Positions 59,201-64,000 of a stretch of 64,000 nucleotides of DNA are shown here, in pieces. Positions within the stretch are counted from its first letter, which is position 1. Every line of letters starts with the position of its first letter. The notes below the pieces were generated by a model that saw only the letters and a program-made list of their open reading frames with translations, made no database searches and was not told where the DNA came from. Source of the DNA: Paramoeba atlantica (taxonomy: Eukaryota > Protista > Discosea); contig CDRNVI010000189.1 in the NCBI GenBank assembly GCA_977017575.1, forward strand, positions 1-64,000, read 5' to 3'. Both the position numbers and the translations under genes were made by a program.

Positions 59201-62080
59201 TGGACATTCCCCAACTCTTCGCTCTGGTTTGTTTGGAAAATCTTTGTTAAGTTTTAAAAAATACACAGACTGAAGAGATTTTTTAATTATTTTGGAATTT
59301 GTTTAATTGGTCTTCATATGAATCAGCTCAATTGGTTGATACTCACATCCACTTTCTCTAGTTGTTTACACAGTAGGAATTCTTCTCTGGGAACTCTGGA
59401 CATGTCAGCGCCCATACGACACCTTAATTCGAGAGAGTGGTGTTACAGCTGAGGAAACCCAAAAATTCTTAAAATCATTTGTATTAGAAGGAGGACGACC
59501 GTCCTGGTTTTTTTCCCTTTTTTTTTATTTCCTGTTTCCTCTTTTCCCTTCTCTTCTCTTCCGCTCTCTTCCTTCTCTAACTATTGTTTCTTTTCCAAAA
59601 AGGCCACCAATTAGCACAGATCATGTTCGAACTTGTCCACCAGAATACCGAACACTTGTTGAAGCATGTTGGACAGAAAACTCTGGTCTGAGACCAAGAT
59701 TTAAAGAGTTAATTCATGCTTTGTTACTTGTTTCTTCGAGTTTAGCGCCGAAATTACACTCTGAATTAATTAAACAACCTCACTTTGTTGATTATTGGGT
59801 TGCTGGAGAGGGAAGAGAGCCCAAAAACTCTGGTAAAGAATCGAAGGAATTAGAAGGAGAAAGATTTGTTGTTATTCCTTCCTCAAAGAAAGAGAGTGTG
59901 GCGGAGGAAGGTGACGGTCCTGAGATCAAAGCAGCACAAATTAGGTGGGTTTATTTGATGACAAATTTGGCCAAACAAATCTCTTCTGATGGGGGTCCTC
60001 TTGTGAAAGATTTGGAGTTTTCTCTTTCATATCTGACTTTGGGACAAGCGGTGCTTTTTCGGAAACGAATATCTGCAACTTTTGGAGTTCAAGTTTCGTC
60101 TGATAATATTTTACGGTCTGCAGGAGATGGTTTCACAATTGGAAAGTTTTTGGAAAGATATGTCCTTTCGCTGCGTTCGTTTCGAAGGTGGAGAAAGAAA
60201 TTGAGACAACTTTTTGAAGAGTTGGACAATAGTGAAGAGTTGGTCAAAAATACTGACTTTTTTAATTTGAAATTGGAAGAATTGAATCTTCGGTCGAGTG
60301 AACTAATTGCTCTTCAAAATTTAATTGCGGATCGATTTGCTGTTATGATCCCGTCTGGGAAAATGTTTCAAGTTGTCAAAGAGGGGAGAACACTTGAGGA
60401 TTTTTTGGAACAACATCTTTTGCCACATCGAAACCGTCTCGAGCGTCGCAGCAACGTGGACGACAAGTTCCAAAATCGAGTTTTAAATCTCTTTGCATCT
60501 CTTGAGAATGGCGATCAACTAATCAAAATGACCGATTTTATGGATCTTTCTCTGTCGGAATTAGGGTTATCTTCTTTACAAATGGTTGGTTTACAAGACG
60601 CCATCTCAAAAGAATTTGGAGTTTTTGTACCATCTGGATTATTGTTTGAAGCTGTGGCAACTAATTTATCCATTTTCCAATTCTTTAAAAAATATGTGAT
60701 TGCTTCTTGGAAGAGAGCTGTTGAAACAGAGAATCGTCAAAAGTCGTCACACTCTACTTCACCGAAATCTGGACGTGACGCCGAGGCCAGTCGACTCTCT
60801 CCTCTCAGCGAAGTTGATGCGCTTCAAATCCGAAACCTATTTGGAAAAATCGAAAAATGCAAAGAAATTTCCACCAAAGAAGATTTTTTACAAATCCTTC
60901 TTTTGGACATGAATATGAACTCAACAGATCTGGTTTACCTAAAAAATACAATCTTTTTCGATTTTGGGGTCTATTTACCATCTGAGGTTATATTTCAATC
61001 TATGACCGAATCGATTACAATTGCGGATTTTTTTGTGAGACATGTTTTTGAGAAGTTGCCAAGAGAGAGAGGAGGGGAAGAGACGGGGAGGGCGAGAGGA
61101 GGAGGAGGGGTTGTTGTTACTGAGCAGGATAAGGCTGAGATTTTGAAGACTTTGATGACTTTGGGGTCTTTGAGACCGATTGGGTTTGGTGTTTTTTTTT
61201 ATTATTATTATTTTATTAGTATTATTATTATTTTTTATTTTTTTTTTATTATTTTTTTTTTTCGTTTATTTATTTATTTATTTTATGTTTTTTTCTTCCT
61301 TCTTTTCTTACTGTTGATAATTTTATCATAATAAAAATAATTCTTTTCTCTTAAACAGAGAAAAAGAAGGATATGAAATGTTAAACATGTCGTTGGACTC
61401 ATTTTATATGAACTCACTGGAATTAGTTGGATTTCAAAATGCAATTTCTGTCGCTTTTGGAGTCTTTGTTGCATCTGGCGCAGTATTTGATGGTTTTTTT
61501 CTCTCTCTTCTCTTCTTCTTCTCTCCTCTCTTCCTTTTTTAGAGTATTTTTTTGATTAACTACTTCCTCTCTCTACCTCAATCTCTATCTTTTCTGTATT
61601 TATTGTAGGAGTCGCAAAACAAATGACAGTTATCGAATTTTTTGAAAAATATGTTTTTGAGGCAAGAGTGAAGAAATCAAAAAGAAAGAGAAAAGTACAG
61701 AAGACTCATCTCAAAGAAGAAGAAGAGAGAGTTTCTTATATAAAAAGAAATAAGAGAAGTAGCTCTTCTTCTTCTTCTTCTCTTATTTCTACCTCTGCTT
61801 CTGATCTTGGTCGAAGTGCTCACTCTTTTGCTTCTTTGAGTTCACTTGTACAAAAATCAAAAAAGAAAGAGAAAGACAAAGAGAAAGACAAAGAGAAAGA
61901 CAAAGACAAAGACAAAGACGGAGAGATAAGGTTTCGGGTTGGGAGGAGTGATGGGTTTGCTTTGGAAAAGAAAGAAGAAGAAAGAAAGGAAGGAGAGGTA
62001 AGAGTAAGAAAGGGAAGTAATGCAGCTTTTTGGGTTTTTTTTCTTTTTTCATTTCCTTTCTGTTCTTTACTCCTTTCTCT

Positions 62081-62120
<40 letters not shown>

Positions 62121-64000
62121 CCAAACACTCACAAAACAACAATAATAATAAATAAATAAATAATAGAAAAAACAAAACAAAAGACCACGCGCAAGTCTCG
62201 TTCTCCCAGGTGGCCAAATTCTTGGAGAAGAAGAAGAACTCGAAAATATTGAGATTGAAGCTCTTGAAGATGAGAGAGAGAGAGGAGAGAGAGAGAGAGA
62301 TTTTGTGAAAGAGCATGATCCTGATGTTCATTTGATTGATCCAAAGATTTCTGTGGAGCTTGAAACGTTCTATTTGGAACGATATGGTTTATTTGGATTT
62401 TTTTCTTTTTTCTTTCTTTTTTCTTTCTTGTTTTTTATTATTATTTTTTATTATTATTATTTCCTTTTTATTATTATTTACTTTATTTATTATTATTAAT
62501 GTTTCCTGATCTATTCTTCCATTCCCCCTTCCAAAAAACCCTCTCATCTTCTTCTTCTCCCTCTCCAAAAGGCCTCCTCGGGCTCACCCCAGACGAAATA
62601 ATGCAATCACCCTCCCTAGGCCAAGCACTCCTAACCCGTACATCAAGAAACCCAAACCAAACCATCCTCGTTTGGATTGGTACAAAAGGAAATGAAGAAG
62701 AAAGTATTACAATTGGGGAGTTGGTTCGAAATGCGAAGTTGATTTGGGATGAGATGAAGAAGAAAGGGATCAAGAAGGGGGATCATGTTGCTTTGTGTTT
62801 TGCGCCGTGTTTGTTGTTTGCTCAGGCGTTTTTTGCCTGTGTTTTTGCAGGTTTTTTTATTTTTTGTTACAATCTTTCTTTCTTTTTGTTTTTGAAAATT
62901 AAATTTTTTTTCCCTTTTTTAATCTTATTTTCTAACTTACAAATAAACTAATTTTTTTAAATCTTTAAATTAAAAAAAAATACAAAATAGGAGTTGTATG
63001 TGTCCCAGTATACCCACCAGAACCATCCGCAGCGTTCACAGTCACAAGATTTATAAATATTTGTCGAGATGCCGAGTGTAAATTGATTCTTTCTCACTTT
63101 ATGTGTACTTCTAGAATTGAAAAAGTTGTTGATTTGGGACTTGGGACTACGGGAGGAGAGAAAGGAGAGAAAGGGGAGAAAGAGGAGAAAGGAGAGAAAG
63201 GAGAGAAAGGAGAGAAAGGGGAAGGAGAAGAAAAAGGAGAAAAGAAAAACAAAGGATCAAACGGATTAGATCAATTCCAATGGTTAAATACCGATTTTGT
63301 CAAAGAAAAAAGGGAAGAAAGTTTTGATTTTGATTTTGAAATTGAGTCACAAAATCATGATTCGCTTTGTTTTTTGCAATTTACGAGTGGGTCCACTGGC
63401 TTTCCAAAAGGGGTTATGGTTCGCCATTTGGGGATTTTGTTGGAGTGTGTCTATTTGCCACCAGCTCGTTGTCACGCGCTTTGGCTTCCTCATGTTCATG
63501 ATCTTGGTATGGCTCTAAATTTTTTGTTTATTTTATTTTATTGATTTTTCTTTTCTTTTCTTTTATTTTGTAAAAAAAAGGTGTTTAATTTTTTTTTTTC
63601 ATAAATAGGGTTGCTTTGTTTAATTCAGGGGGTATTAATGAGCCATAGAACATACTTAATGAGTCCTGTGACGTTTGTTCGAGCTCCTCCACTTTGGGTT
63701 TTTTTGTCAAGTGAAATTCGAGCGAATCAAATGATTGGTCCTAATTTTGCATTTGAGTTGTGTGCATTGAAGTTTCCACGTGAGGTTTGTTGTTGGATAT
63801 CAGAATTATTATTTTTCTTTCTTTTCAGTCTAGAACTTTTTTGAAAAATTGTTCTCTTTTTTTTTATTCAATTTAATTCTAAAAATTAAACACTCGTTAC
63901 AACAGGGACTAGACAAAATTGACCTCTCATCAATCCAATACGTCACAAACGGAGGCGAACCAATGAAAAAAACAACAATCGATTTATTCACCAAAACATT
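56276..64000 (+). CDS. Giant multidomain protein, 3'-partial: degenerate G-alpha - TKL/Roco-type pseudokinase - 5 ACP-like repeats - fatty acyl-AMP ligase (FAAL)
   Basis: Manual splicing at GT-AG sites keeps one reading frame from ATG 56276 through ORFs 56950, 57751, 58677, 59721, 61623, 62305, 62499, 63083 and 63611 to the window end. Confidence 0.78.
56330..57780 (+). other. Domain: heterotrimeric G-alpha-like (GTPase motifs degenerate)
   Basis: P-loop GVKGSGKKT; helical domain LWTNTRNLISGA...LWE...PRIV...EELVQAKVDS; PTILFFTGYDLFKKKI...LKDFFTDFEGPKNDPLEALHFIIQKF...SALDPTSI. Confidence 0.75.
58000..59730 (+). other. Domain: TKL/Roco-like kinase fold, probably inactive, with an ~130-aa insert
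   Basis: HPTITSFFGVSLDPPAFVMEYMEGGDL; DWNIRLKIALDVISGILHL; SWTAPEVL; GILLWEL; CPPEYRTLVEACW...RPRFKEL. Confidence 0.85.
59940..61660 (+). other. Domain array: five acyl-carrier-protein (PP-binding)-like repeats
   Basis: ELGLSSLQMVGLQDAISKEFGVFVPSGLLFE and four homologous units match the ACP LGxDSL...FGVxLP pattern. Confidence 0.72.
62570..64000 (+). other. Domain: fatty acyl-AMP ligase (FAAL)-type adenylation domain, continues beyond the window
   Basis: GDHVALCFAP...VPVYPP; FLQFTSGSTGFPKGVMVRH; WLPHVHDLG; MSPVTF...PPLW; GPNFAFELC; DLSS...NGGEP. Confidence 0.88.

Noticed and set aside
56276-59730. Calling the GTPase-kinase part a Roco (Roc-COR) protein
   Set aside because: The GTPase has G-alpha helical-domain and C-terminal signatures, and there is no room for or similarity to a COR domain or LRRs

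Overview
Gene-dense, very AT-rich eukaryotic genomic DNA with many short GT-AG introns. The gene content (Rac, a CaMK/MLCK-like kinase, a Roco-type kinase, RasGAP-C2) suggests an amoebozoan-like protist; this is inference. Most real genes are split across, or missing from, the ORF track and were rebuilt here by manual splicing, so exon boundaries are approximate. Left to right: a partial unknown ORF, a 2OG-Fe(II) dioxygenase, a ~177-bp satellite, nested decayed Ty1/copia remnants with strong CpG loss, an 18-repeat ankyrin gene with one repeat per exon, a SPRY protein, Rac, a GH2 beta-galactosidase, an unknown secreted protein, a multi-SAM protein, a 4xRasGAP-C2-DEP-Zn finger-DUF547 protein, eIF3k, an intronless papain-like candidate, a CAMK-GNAT fusion, a YbhB-like PEBP, and REV1. 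The standout is the gene at 56276 to >64000. It splices into one reading frame encoding a degenerate G-alpha domain, a TKL/Roco-type pseudokinase, five acyl-carrier-protein-like repeats (four keep the phosphopantetheine Ser) and a fatty acyl-AMP ligase domain, i.e. a signalling-module/megasynthase fusion. No rRNA, tRNA or CRISPR array was recognised.
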